Below the pieces are notes generated by a model. That model searched no databases. It was given only the letters and a program-made list of their open reading frames with translations, and had not been told where the DNA came from. From assembly GCF_018350175.1 (NCBI RefSeq), contig NC_058386.1, positions 125,488,001 through 125,552,000 of the forward strand: 64,000 nt of DNA, written 5' to 3'. Origin of the DNA: Felis catus. Lineage: Eukaryota. Position 1 is the stretch's first letter. The number at the start of each line of letters is the position of its first letter. Position numbers and translations under genes: made by a program. This document shows positions 9,813 through 22,200 of this stretch, piece by piece.

Positions 9813-10209
9813 ACAAGTGCCCCTGAATTCCATCTGTGTGACACTCCAGTGGCTCAGGACTCCAACCTCATCCCCACGCACCTGGAAAACAGCCTTATTG
9901 ACCGGCGCCGCATCCTGCCCACCGCCTTCTCCTGCATCTGAACCTGCCTCGGCAGTGTGGTCCTCCGGCCCCAGCAGGGGGCAGGGGCTGGGGAGGGATC
10001 CTGGGATTCCTGCCCCCCTCTGCTCCTTAGGACTGGTTGGGGAGGGGGGGGGCCAGGTCTACCTCCACTTGATCTTTGCACTACTAACAGAAAGATCTAG
10101 AAGACCCAGCTGTTTCAGATGCTCCCACTTCCCATTGACTGCTGAGGCCCCTTCACTTAGTAAATGGCCCAGCAGGGTACCGCGCTGGTCTGCACTGGAA
10201 CATAATAAA
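9813..10209 (+). pseudogene. ECMX terminal exon (QVPLNSIC / DTPVAQDSNLIPTHLENSLIDRRRILPTAFSCI*...VVLRPQ) plus 3'UTR and AATAAA
   Basis: Matches the ECM2 C-terminus NILPEEIC...[38 protein letters not shown]. There is a +2 (GT) slippage at 9835-9840, TGA at 9939-9941 (probably CGA>TGA), and AATAAA at 10204-10209. Confidence 0.9.
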
Positions 10210-13200
10210 TGCATCTCATTCAAGCCCAGAAGCCTCCATCAGCCTCCCTCTCTCCCTCCTGGATTTAAGCTACACTTGCGTGCTGGCTGTCTATTGTGCA
10301 GGCAGTTAAGAGGGCCTGCTTCTAGAAGCTTCTCCAAGAGCCTCCCCAGCCCCACCCACCCCGGCCAGGGTACTGAAGTCCCCAGTAGCTCAGCCCCAAG
10401 CCATCTGGGGGCCAGGCTCACCTCAGTTGCTCAGGACAGTATCAGTACCTCTCTTCAGGAAGCATCCCCGTCCCAGGTGTGGACCGACACAGATGGGCTC
10501 TGCTGGCAAAGCAGGCTGATGTGGAGGCCCCTGGTGCCTGCCCTTCGTCCTAAAACCACTCACACTCACACCTGTACCAAGGCCGGGGACACCCCTCATC
10601 CCTCCTCCCCCTAACCCAGGTCCCAGGGCCCTCACCCTGGTCCCCCACCCATCCCCGGTGCATACACATCCCCATGCCAGCCTGAGGGTCACCATGGCCC
10701 CACCCAAAGCCCTTAGAGGCAGGGGCAGGCATCAAAAGACGTGGGACCCAAATGTACCTTTATGAGACCTGGTACCAGGGAAGGGTAGGGAGTGCTTGGT
10801 GTGTGGGAGGCCAGACCTGGCCGGAGATGCTGACTGTCTGGCGGGCGAGGCAAATGCACACACCAGCAAGCTGTGAGGGCTCAACCCTGCCGAGCGCCGA
10901 GGACAAGACAGGACCGCCATGCTGGGTGGGGACACGGGCTTTGCAGAGCCCCCTGAAGCCACTGGGGCAGTCCCTCTGCTTGTGCGAGGGGACCACTGGG
11001 AGCAGGGTAGGGTCACCAGGTCAGCCTTGACAGCTCACGGTGCCACCATACCTGGTGCTGGGGCGGGTGAGGGGTTGGGGGGGGGCGGGGCACAACCAGC
11101 CAAGAGCACAGCTGACCCAGCCCCCTGCCCCAAGGGAGTGAGAAGCTCATGGTGGTGTGAGGGCCAGAGAGAGAGCCAAGTGACAGGCATCAAGGATGTG
11201 GCAGGAGCAGGACGGGCCCCAGATTTCAGTGCTGCTGCTGGATGTGGGTGGAGTGAAGGAAAAAGGGCACCAAGTCCCCCAGTGCAGACGCCTTGCCCCG
11301 CCACCACCTCTGGCTGGGGTCTAGGACTATGAACTGCAAGTCTTATGTGGGTCCCATTCCCGCAGCCAGTCCCCCACCCCCAACCCTCATCCCTACCCCC
11401 ACCCTGGAATTCTCAGCAGAGAAAGGGCCAGACTCAGGCAGGGGGCGGGGAGAGGCCTGGGAAGCTAGGGGAGTGTTTGCTTTGGACTCATCTTTACATT
11501 CCTTCTCCTCCGGGCCCAGGCCCGCAGATATGGCACTTCCTGTTTGGGCTGGGTCAGAGGTCAGCAGCCCTAGAGGCGCTGGCCCGATGGGAGGGAGGGC
11601 CTGCCTCGTTCCCAGCTCTCATGAACCCTCCTCCCCAGCCAGCCGCCTGGCCTGGGCCCTGCACTCCTGCTCCGGTCAACCCCCGGTCCCCTCCTCCCCC
11701 ATAGTCATAGAGGTCAGGCCCTAGGGAGGCACAGGAAGTTCAAGTTAGGTGACCCCCCCCATCCCCCGTGGGCCTCCCCTTCCTGCTGCTCTTACCTCTA
11801 CTGAGCAGATGAGGCCAGAGGGCCTGGGAGAAGGGCCACACCCCAAGGCCCACCTGCTTGTCAGGGCAACCTGGCCTTGAGGGACAGAGAAGGGCAAGGG
11901 ACACAGGAGGCAGGCAGCCCAGGTAGTTACTGGGGTAAATTCCACTTCAGACCGGCAGCTACTTGGCCCTTGGGGCTGTTGTCAGGTGGGCTGAACCCAG
12001 GCCTGGAAGCCTGTCCTTGATCTTCCTGAGCAGAGCTGGGCCCAAGACAGCACAGACGCAGCCAGACCCCTAGTGGATGTCTCCCATTGGGCTCCCCAGA
12101 AACACACTAGGACTAGGAAGCAAGGGTTAGCTCACAGGGAGTTTACTGGGACGTCTTGGGGCCACCACCTGGGGGAGGGGAGGACAGGAACAGGAGTGGC
12201 CCAGGGAGAAGGTGGCCCGTGACTGATGACCGTCCAGGCAATCCCCACGGGGGCTCTGGAGCTGAGCCAGTCCTGAGTCGGGGCAAGGGGACTGGGAGTC
12301 TATATAACCCATCATCCTTGCGTGGGGCTGCCCAGCGGAGAGTAACATTCTCTCCTGAAGGCACAGGGTGCCGGCAGCTGAAGGCCAGGACCTTCAGTCC
12401 GACAGGGGAGATGGCCCAGGCAGCACGGCATGCCCACAGTGGGACATCCCCGGACAGAGCCCCAGCCGAGTGTAGCCGAGACCTGCCGGTGCGACCAGGC
12501 CCGCCCGTTGCCCTGCGCCCACGCCTTCCTCACCGGCATCTCTGACCCCATATCCTCTACTCACGCATGCCAGCGTGGCAGCGATTACTGTGCTCCTGTT
12601 CAGGGCAGAGCTGGCTCCACTGGGGCATACGGTGGTGGGCACGGCCCGGAGCGCTGGGCGTCTGAGGGGTGACTGCAGTCAGGTGGCAAGAAGGGCGGCA
12701 CTCGTCCGCCCCCAGATTGAGACAGGGGTATTGAGGTGGTGGGGGTGACACTGAGGGGAAGGACGGTGGGGACAATGCAGACCCAGAAGGGGACACCTGG
12801 GCCAACAAGTGCAAGCAGTGGAAAATACGGACAGGGAGCAGATGTGTACCCCTTGGGGCCAACCCCCGTCTCCTTCCCCGGGACCTCAGTGGAATGTTGT
12901 CCCACTGCCCACCCCTCCCAGCTACAGGCCCAGAGTCCTGCCCATCGGCTTCCAAATTCTCCGACCTGCCTGCTCCTTTCTGTCCCCGGTGCCCCTAACT
13001 GAGGGCCCGCCTCCCGCCCCTTGCCAGGCTCCCTGCTTAGCTTTGGGCACATTTGCTTCCAAGCCTTCCTCCTGCCTCGTACCGTGGTGGCAAGCTTGGT
13101 TCACATCCGGGAGAAACAGGCCCTGGAAGGAGCAAAGGATATGCCCGGCATGGTGTGCCCATGCCTGGGCTCCCCTCCCATCCTTGCCCGTGTAGCAACT

Positions 13201-16139
13201 GCCACCAGGGCAGCCACGCAGGGCCCATCCAAGAGACACTGGCCACCCGGCCCCTTCCCCTGTGCCTGCCCTCACCCACTGCCCCAGATGGAGCCTCCTG
13301 GCCCCACAGGCAGCAGGAAGACCCAGGGGCGGGTCCTGGGTGCCGGCCTCCCCCCACCTGGGGAAGACCATGGCAGCCTCCCCGTATCTCACCGGCTTCT
13401 TGGGCAGCCCACAGATGCCTCCCTGAAGCACAGCCCCCTGTCCACCTTCCCTCATCTAGCCACACCCCAGACCATGCCTCTCTAAAGATAGCTAGACACA
13501 GGCCCAGCCCCCATGGAGACCCCTCTGGGCCCTGAAATTATAGCCCTGACGGCCTGGGGCTGAGAGCCACTGTGTGATTATGTCCTCAGGGGCAGGTCAA
13601 AAAAAGCTCTGGCATAGAGAGTGCCAGCTTTCACTGGCCGCACCTCAGCTATCGGAGCTGGGAAACTTCCAGATAGTGGAGGCTCGGCTCACTCCGCGGC
13701 AGCTCAGTTTCCTCTTGGGCCTGTTCAACATGAGCCTCATCCAGAATGGTTCCTAGCCCCCTGCACCCAGAGGGTCCCCCTGAGCACTTAGGCATGGAAC
13801 CTCAGGGCTTCAGGATGTTACGACTCCAGCCTCCAGGGACCCTCGAGGTGGGAGGGGCTGCCTCCTGGTGACTGTGGGCCTGGTTCTCACCCTGTCCCTG
13901 CCCAGCTACTCAGAGTGTGGAGCTTGGTAGTGGATGAAGCCAGTGGGCTGCGAGTGACAGTCACGTGCAGGGCTGTGAACTTGGAGATGCTGGCTTGCCT
14001 TCAGGGGCTGCAGCGCCCAGGAGTCCTGAGGGCCGTCTCTGAGATCTCGGCTGAGTTCCGGGCAGGGTCACTTGCTCGAGCAGTGACCTTGATATGCATG
14101 ATATGTCCCTGCCTGGGCATTTGTCCAGAAGGCAAAGGCGTCAGGGCACTCCCTTGGTGAGACCACTTGCTTTGGGCCGACTTTGCAAGGGTCCTGTGTG
14201 GGCACCCCAGGGAAGGTAGCCCAGGGTGCTGCTGGAGAGCCACCTCCTCCCAAGAAGCCCTCTCTGCAGCCCCATCCAGCGCTAGTACCTGGGCCTGTGC
14301 AGTTTCCTTTGTAACACTCATCAGAGTTGGTCACCATCATGCTTCTTCGAGCACATCCTTGCTTCTGGTCCAGCAGCTCATGTGCTCAGGGGGGCGGAGA
14401 ACAGTGAGGCTGACTGACTCTGTGCCCAGGGGAGGGAAAGAGAGACAGACGGGAGATCTAAGGAAGGAGTGAGGAGCAGGAGGGAAGTGAGGAGGGAAGA
14501 ACAGATAGGGGAGTGATGCGTAGAGGCAGACAGGGATGAGCAGGGACCCAAGCAAACAGTGCAAGGCAGAGAGGCCAGGAAGGCCCCAGAAGGGGGCTGG
14601 CAGAGGGCCCCTGGAGCTCAGGGCCATGCTGTTCTTTCCAGGCCCCAGAGGCTCACGGGGCCAGCCCAGCCGGGTGGGCTGGAGCTCAGGAGGAGCTCCC
14701 TCAGCTGCCATCACCTTGGTAGGGGCCTTTTCAAGCCCTTGGGAGCCCCGCCTGCTGGGCCACCTCCCAGGGCCCCAGACTCTGCCCTCCAAGCAACCCT
14801 ACCAAAGACAAGGTTTCGTGCCCCAAAGGGAGCGGCCGCTCGAAGCCTGCCTGCTGTGTGCCCCGCTTCTTTCCTGGGCCTCCCCCCTCTAACTTTGAAG
14901 GCAGGGCACAAACAGCTGCAGGCCAGCTGTTAGGGGACGGGCTGCCGCTGACTCCAGGTCCTTCACACACAGCCCTACAGGATGGCAGGGGGCTTGGATT
15001 GCCCCACCCCAGGAGCCCCCCACAGCTGCTTACGGGCCCTGCCTTCCCCTCTGCTCCCTTCAGCCTGCACACACTCCCACCTTAGCACCCCTGCCCCTGC
15101 CAGTCCTCCTCTCTCCCGACCCGATACCCCTGCCCTGCTACCTTCGAGCACCTTCCCTGCACCCTGGGGCTGCAGGCCGGGTACCGGAGAGCTGGCTGGG
15201 GCAGCTAGGCGAGGGCTCGCTGCAGTCTGACCTGGGGCACCAGGATCACCCCTGCAGCCATCCCCTGCAGGATCACTCTGCAGCCATTTGGGGAAAGTGT
15301 CCGGGCTAGGGCTCTGGGGCCCTGTGTGCTGGTATCCCAGAGTCCGGGGCATGCCGGGAGAGGACCTTCGTCACCCATGGGTCCACGCTGGCGGGGGCCG
15401 GGGTCTGCCTCCCACGGCCCCCATGACCCCCATGACTTGGCCGGCCCTGTCCACCGAGTGTTCTTGTGGAGCTAAGACAGCTGTGCCTTGGCCTCCTTCA
15501 GAGCCTGGGGGCCTCAGGAAATGCATGCGCTTCCTTCCTGCCTTGCCCTCCATGCTGCCTTCCCCTGCCTCCTGTCGCCTCCTCCCAGCACTGGGAGGCC
15601 AGAGGGCAGGAGGCCACTGCTCCTGCTAGCCAGCAAGGACTTGCTGTCCCCGGCACAGCTTCAGCTGGGGTCGAGGTAGTTCCTTGTGCTTCAGGGAAAG
15701 CCGAGGCCTGGGGACAGGGAGGGGAAGAGGGAGGCCCAGGACTGAGGTGCTGCCTGGCTGGTCTGGGAGTGGCCCCCAAATTAGAGGGCCAAGCCGGCCG
15801 AGTGACTCAGTGGGCCTTGGGCCGGGCGTGCAGTTATGCCTTATTGCAGACTGCAAACCACAGACACAAGAGCCTTCCAGGCGCAGGAACCGTATTTACA
15901 GAAATATTGCCCCAGATGCATCCCCCAGCTGCAGGAAAGAGCTCCAGGGTGCATAATGCCCTGTGCACAGGGCGTTGCCTCATGGTCACCCCCAAGCTCC
16001 CTCCAGGAACGTGCCTGGCTGACGCCCAAGGGTGCGCACTGCGCGGGGGACAGTGAGGTTGCCCCACCTACTTGTGGTGATACTCTCCCCTCCCCTGCTC
16101 CCCACACCCTCTGCACCTTGGTATGTGCTGTTCCTTCCA

Positions 16140-16295
16140 CTGCCAATGTTTCTCTTTGGCCCCAAGAACCCTCTAATGTACTCTCTGCCCCTATAGATTT
16201 GCCTACTCTGGATGTTTCGTGTGGAATCACAGTATGTGGTCCTTGGTGACTGGCTTCTTTCACAGAGCACGGTGTTTTAGACATGTTGTGGACAC
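16140..16295 (-). mobile_element. Old L1M 3'-end fragment
   Basis: ctatagatttgcctactctggatgtttcgtgtggaatcacagtatgtggtccttggtgactggcttctttcac resembles antisense L1MB/MC 3'UTR. Confidence 0.7.
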
Positions 16296-17759
16296 GTTTT
16301 TCCTCCCATGCAGCCATGGTTGGGGATATCGCAGCTAAGGGAGGCTATCTTCTGTGATATAGTCTTTCTACTGCCAGCGATGTTGGGAGTGTGTCTCCCA
16401 TAAACAGGAAAAAACAAACATGGAGACAAATGATGCGTGCTCCCAGCCAAGACCCTGTTTTTCCCACATCTCCCTTCTCCATGGTCCAGCCTGGAAGCTT
16501 CTTGAAGGCAGGCACCACAGCCTGGTCAGGCCACCATGTGTCTCACGTCCCCGGCCGGGGCCCCTGAACTGAAGCTGGTGCACATGGGAGGGGGAAGCCG
16601 CACCCCCAGGCGGAACCTTCTAGATCCCACCTGCACGTGGCCCGGGACAGCTGGCCAGGTAGGCAGGACACTCAGACCTATTCTCCTTGGACCCACCTCT
16701 TCCTGGCGTCCTTCAGCCTCTGCCCGGCTGGTCCTCTATGCAGTTTTCTCTTTTGATCCCTGGGGCATTGTGTTCCATCTTGTGGCCTGCTTTACTTTCC
16801 CCCCTCTCTGTTTCCTTTGCAGAACTCAGTGTTGCTCCCTACCTTGGTTTCTAGCTCCATCTAAACCCTCACCTTTGTTCTGGGAGCAGCGCCTGCAGGA
16901 GTCTTCCTCAACGCGGCCAGGCTCTTGGCCTCACTCCGCTGGACGCTGGGGCACAACAGACCAGGGGAGGATTGGGGACCCCTGGACGGGGAGGAGGTGT
17001 GCTAAGGCCCTCGGCTCTACCCGCAGGTGGAGCTGGGTGCGTCCTGGCCCTCAGGAAGCTGCTGAGCTCCCAGCGATCACGTGGGGTGGTGGCTGACGAT
17101 GGCCTCTTCCTGGGACGCTTGGCAGGCTGGCCCACTTCGCCCCTGTCAGTGGCCAGCACAGGGCTCAGCCCAGAGGAAGTGCCCACCCACAGAGCATTCA
17201 TTGCGTTGTAGGGGACCGCACGGATTGAGCAAAGAAAGATGACTCACTCTTCCACTCTCAGCTTGTCTGAACCTCAGGGCTGGCAGGCGAGGGAAGACCC
17301 TCAGAGTCTGTGATGCCTTCCTGTCCGTCCCTCGCGGAGTCCCGTCTTGAGATCACACAGAGAGGACCCGTCCTGTGTTTTAGGGCAAAAAGGGCTGCAG
17401 CGGGGTGGGGGGCTGGGGTGTCCAGAGTACCTGGGAGCCTGCCTCAAGCCCTTCCAGAAATCCACAACAGCCGCCTCCCTGACTGCAGAGAACCACCTCC
17501 TTGTTCAGGCCCAGGCTGCCGGAGGTTCTGGGCGGGCTCAGAACAAAATTCCAGGGGCCACTCGCTGGACTAGCAACCAGAGGCCGCCTCCCCCTTGTCT
17601 CCCTTCCCTTTCTGCCATCTCGCCTTCGCCTGCAAGTGCCAGCAAGATAGTTCCCGCCCCTCTCTGGGCCTCAGTGTCCCTATCTGGGCAGTGGAAAGTT
17701 TGACTCTCTAAGGCTGTGCCGGCCCAGAGACACCAAGGGTCCTTGTGGGAGTGGGAGTG

Positions 17760-18040
17760 TGTCCCTTCCCCATGCGCGGGGGGGGGGGGGGGGGGGAGGG
17801 GGGGAAGGGGAGGGGGTGCAGCTAGCCCAGCCGTCTACAAGAAAATTGCTCCCTTTGAAGCTTCCAGGGGGGCCGGGAGGCCTGCCCCCTCCCTCCCTTC
17901 TTCCCTCCCTCTCTCCTTCCCTCTCCGCCCCACCAGCCCCCTCCCTCCTTTCCTCCCTCCCCGCCCCCTCCCGCCGTCCCCTCCCTGTCGGCCAGCCCGC
18001 CCAGCCTTTAGCCTCCCTCCCACCGCCTCTGTCTCCCTCT
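17760..18040 (+). promoter_or_regulatory. BGN: BGN TATA-less proximal promoter (G-tract, CCTTTGAAG motif, C-rich Sp1/KLF-type tract)
   Basis: gccgtctacaagaaaattgctccctttgaagc and the downstream pyrimidine-rich tract match the BGN promoter as I recall it. The region lies directly 5' of exon 1. Confidence 0.75.
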
Positions 18041-18168
18041 CTCCACAAACTGCCCAGGAGTGAGCAGCTGCTCTCGGAGGGCCCGACGGAGACGGACAGA
18101 CACACTGACTGCCTGACACCCAAGCCTGCCAACTAGCCAGCCTGTGCCCGGCCGCTTGCCCTTCCCAG
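18000..18168 (+). other. BGN: BGN non-coding exon 1 (start approximate)
   Basis: ccacaaactgcccaggagtgagcagctgc...gccaactagccagcctg resembles the BGN 5'UTR; donor ccag|gtaggg follows 18168. Confidence 0.85.
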
Positions 18169-19067
18169 GTAGGGCCCCCACACCAGCCCCACACTGTCCC
18201 CACTGTGTCCCCACGCCGGCCTTGAGCTGCCCTCCTTGTCTCATCCCTGGTTCCACTGTGCCCTCGCCATCCTCAAAATGCCCCCACCATCCGCATCCCT
18301 ACCCTTGTCCCTGCTGCCCCCTCACCCCCCTCTCCTACTCCCAGGCTGTCTGTGATCCCCAGATTCCCGCCAGCGCTGCTGCGGGCTCCTGGCCCGCACC
18401 CCTGCGGCCCCCTTAGTGCTTGTCCCTTTTTGCATTTTTTCCCCACCCCCCTTTCCTCTCCCCTCTGACCTCACTCAGCTGCACTCCATATCTGCCCTCC
18501 CTGTCTCCCTCTCGGGTTCTTCCCCGTGACTGGCCCCACAGAGCATCGCTCAGGGCATGGCTGGGTGGCTGGCATCCCAGCTCGGCCAGCGGCTCTTCCT
18601 TCACCGCCGGTCCCGAGTCCCGAGCGCGCCCCGCACTCCTGCTCTGTGCCTCCACACTGGGAACACGGGTGGGAGGGCTCAGTGCTAGGGAACAGTCCCC
18701 ACTGTCCCTGGTGTGGGCTCACAGACTTGGTTTCCCAGGCTGCCTGCCCAGGTATTTCTCCCTTACCCACAGGCTAATTCCCTTCCTCTACGTCCTCCTG
18801 GCTGAGGTGGAGGTCCACAGGGCCCTGGCCCTCGGGGGCCCTGGGTGGGGCTGCCCGGATGGCTCGGCTCTGTCTGTCCCCAGAACCCCCTTGGACTGAG
18901 ACTCAGAATGCGGGGCTGTGGGCAGAGAGAAACTCAGGCAACCGTGCCGTGTTACCCTAGGCAGGCCTGGCTTTGGGCCTCGCATGGCTTCTGGGGACCC
19001 TGGGGAGAAGTGAGGCCACAGGCCCACTTCCAAACTAGGACACCATTGTCCCAGGATGGGTGCCTTT

Positions 19068-19270
19068 TTAAAAAATGTTCTATTTACTTATTTGTGAGAG
19101 AGAGCATTAGCAGGGGAGGGACAGAAGGAGAGGGTGACACAGAACCCCAAGCAGGCTCCACACTATTACCCCAGAGCCCAACATGGGGCTCGAACCCACG
19201 AACCGTGAGATCATGACCTGAGCCGAAATCAAGTTGGACGCTTAACCGACTGAGCCCCCCAGGTGCTCCC
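19068..19270 (-). mobile_element. Feliform Can-SINE (SINEC_Fc type), full length, with target-site duplication
   Basis: Antisense tRNA-derived head (gctcgaacccacgaaccgtgagatcatgacctgagccgaaatc...cgcttaaccgactgagcc), GA tract and T-rich tail. TSD caggatgggtgccttt at 19052-19067 and 19271-19286. Confidence 0.95.
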
Positions 19271-22200
19271 CAGGATGGGTGCCTTTAAGGATCAGTGAGG
19301 TTCAAGAGCTCTCTGACCAATTGCCCTGTCCCCCAGAAGCAGCACCCCCCCCCACGGGTGCATGGGGCAACTCTGGAATGGAGAGAGAGCCTCAGGTCAG
19401 AATCAAAAGTGTAGTGCAAGGTTACCCCCAAAGTTCTCTGGGAGGGGCCGAGCGGTTCCTGCTGGTCTCACTCCCACTCCATCCATCATACAAAGGGGGC
19501 AAGTGAATCCCAGAGACGGGCAGGAACCTACCCACAATTGCACAGCAAATCAGGTGCAAAGCTGGGGCCAGGACTCAGGGCTCCCGACTGACAAACCCTG
19601 GCTATTGACCCCATACCACCCAAGGAAGCCTGAAAGTCACTGGGGCATTGATAATGACAGCCTGTGGCCAACTGCACCTCCTGGGGATTGGAGTCAGAGG
19701 TGACAGGGCCACTGGCCCCTGTCCTGCAAGCTCCCAAGATGGCGGGCATGCTGAGGGGCCTGCCAAGCGACTTAAAAGAAGAGCAAAGGAAAATGGAGCT
19801 CTCTGTATGTGCCACCGAGTGCCATGGAAGGTTGGGGGATGGGAGCACCCCCTCACTGCTCCGTGGGTGCGGCTGGGGCCTGGGCACTGGTTGGTTCTGC
19901 TGAGCGGAGCAGGAGGCCCAGAGTACTCCAGGCCAGGGTCATGGGTTGGGGCGGGTAGGGTAGACCTTGCTCAGGTCAGAGAGACTGTGGTGGAACAGTG
20001 TTCACTAAGGGCCACTCTGGCTGCAGATATGGGCCAGTCCTGTCCTCAGCGTGCTCCTGCATCCGTGTCCTCCCCCACTCGCTGGCTTGCCAAGTCTCCA
20101 CCCTGCAGGGACTGATTGGCATTGAGACAAGCGGGAGATGCTCGGGGCTCCCTGGATGCCAAGAAGGAAGGCTCCTGGGGATCTGCATCCAGGGGCAAAG
20201 GTCAGCGGGGAGTGAGAGTGCATAGGCGCAGCTGCAAACACGCACGTGAGCGCCTCCTGGCGACACGCAGCTGCCCTGAGAGACTGTGCAGGCTGCCCAC
20301 GTCTGGCCCACGGGACATCATGGTTAGTCTTTGAGGGCAGGACTGGGGGGGCAGGGGGGATGTTGAAAGGACGGCACCACGCCGGACAGCGAGAGCAGAC
20401 TGGGAGCCAAGGAGCCGCTGCAGAGTGCCGCCCCGGTGGGCCCGGCCCACCCGTTCGCTCCCTGGGCCACCTTTAAGCCCCAAGGACCCAGGGCACAGTG
20501 GGCATTAACCACCCACCGCTTTCGTGCCCTGCCCTGAAGCAGGGTCCGGAGTCCCCGTTTAGCAGATGGGGAGCCTGAAGCCCAGCTTTTTCGCTGCCGG
20601 GCTGGTGGCAGTTCTGTGCAGCCTTATTTCAGAAGCCCAGAAACCTGGCCTGCCGGCCCCTGTGACCAAATTTCTCCCCAGCCCTACCAGTGGCCCTGGC
20701 CCACTGGAGGAGCGCAAACGAGGAAAAACAGGAGGAAAAGGGGCCTTTGAAAGGCCCCAGAGCGTCCCTTCCTGGGCTGTGCCAAGTCCCCAGAAGGAGG
20801 CGGAGCCTTCCAACAAGGCCCTCCCATCTCTCCCAGCCCCCCTCCTTCCTGGACCGCGTCCCTCTTCCCCTCCTGGGAGAAGCCCCGCAGACACCACACG
20901 GTCGGGACTGTTCCAGCAGTCACTTCTCCTCAGTTGCCTGGGGACACAGCCGTGGCACGAGAGAGGGGCGGTCTCCCAGGATTTCCTTGGAGCACACAGG
21001 CACAGGCAATGGCCCAGGCGTGTCCACCATGACCCCGCAGATAGTCCCAGCTGCAGCTCCGGGGCCTCATCTGCTGAGCCACTGGGTCCTTTGTCCTGCA
21101 TGACCCCAGGGCCCTTCCCTCACCTTCCTTGCACACCTTCCAACACCCCTAATTGTGAAAGAAGTCTTCACATCCCCACCCACCACACCCTTCCCATCTG
21201 TCACCCAAGAGTGACAGAGCTTGTTCTCTGCCCAGAGCTGCCTCCTTCCACACCCGTGGGCCCCACTGGTAGGAGGGGACATACCTGCCCAGGGCTTCTC
21301 TCAAATTGAGGGGCTGGGGATGATGGTCGCTCTCCCAGGGCATCCTCCTATGAGCCGGGGAGGGGGGTAAGCAAAGGCTCCCGCCAAAGGCGGGGTCCTA
21401 GCAGCTCTGGCCCCTCCTGTCAGCTGGCACCTGGGGCAGTCAGTGCCCCTCCCCTCCCTCCTGTCGTCTTCTGCCGAGACACTGGGACCCACACCTTGGT
21501 CACCCACAGAACGCCTTCTGTAAATCCCACCTTAGAGGGAGCCGGTAGGGAGCAGGCAGAGGGGGCTCGGCTGGAGGAATGGGGTGGGTATCTGCTCAGT
21601 CCTGTCCCCCCGGGCCTGAGGCCCGTTGAGGCTAGCTGGCCAGCCCCGTGGTCAGGCCCTTCCGTCTTCCAGAGCCCATTTCCCAGTGGCCCCTGCGGGA
21701 AGGCCCCTGTGGGCGTGGGGCCTCCTCAGCCACTTCGTCTAGGGGGTGGGTGGCTGTGATCCATCCCCCCAACCTGGGCCCACAGCCCCAGGGTCCCCCG
21801 GGGCCTCCTTCACTCCCTCTGGGACTCAAGGTTCCTGGAAGCAGCCTCACACCCACCCCATTTGGCTCCCCCTCCCTCGATCTGCTCTGGGTCGGGGCAG
21901 TGGTGGGGTGGCTGCGGAGGGGACCTTCTCCCAGGGGGCCTACCAGCCTGCAGCATCACTCGGATGACTCACCTGCCTCCTCCCTGTGGTAACACATCTT
22001 GAAGTTTTAAGGGGCAGGGCTGTCTACCCAGCTTCCTTGCACCCAGCTCTCCCAGTCCATGGCATGGGAGAGCCAAACTCTGCAAACACCTGGGGCTAAC
22101 CTGCAGTTTCCCCCCCACCACCTGCCCCTTGAGGGTCAGATGGCCAAGGGGGACACAGCAGTCAGAGGCTGAGGTGGCCGCTGGATCGGGAATTTGAGGA

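Larger units (their letters stand above)
2679..10209 (+). pseudogene. ECMXP: ECM2-like SLRP-family gene on X (ECMX; human ortholog annotated as ECMXP), inactivated, multi-exon
   Basis: Seven consecutive AG-bounded exons (4906-5184, 5454-5569, 5982-~6049, 6311-6464, 6835-6953, 9049-9373, 9813-~9975) translate to peptides collinear with the ECM2 LRR region as I recall it, with matching intron phases. They carry multiple lesions. AATAAA lies at 10204-10209. The locus is immediately upstream of BGN on the same strand. The 5' boundary is uncertain. Confidence 0.9.

Noticed and set aside
4906-10209. Calling the LRR locus a BGN duplicate, a processed pseudogene, or ECM2 itself
   Set aside because: It has introns, and its peptides and exon phases follow ECM2 rather than BGN. 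It is too diverged from ECM2, and true ECM2 lies in the ASPN/OMD/OGN cluster.
12300-12310. TATA-like tatataa between ECMX and BGN
   Set aside because: No supporting downstream exon or recognisable ORF; a single motif is insufficient.
19190-19270. tRNA-like A/B boxes
   Set aside because: Head of the tRNA-derived Can-SINE, not a tRNA gene.
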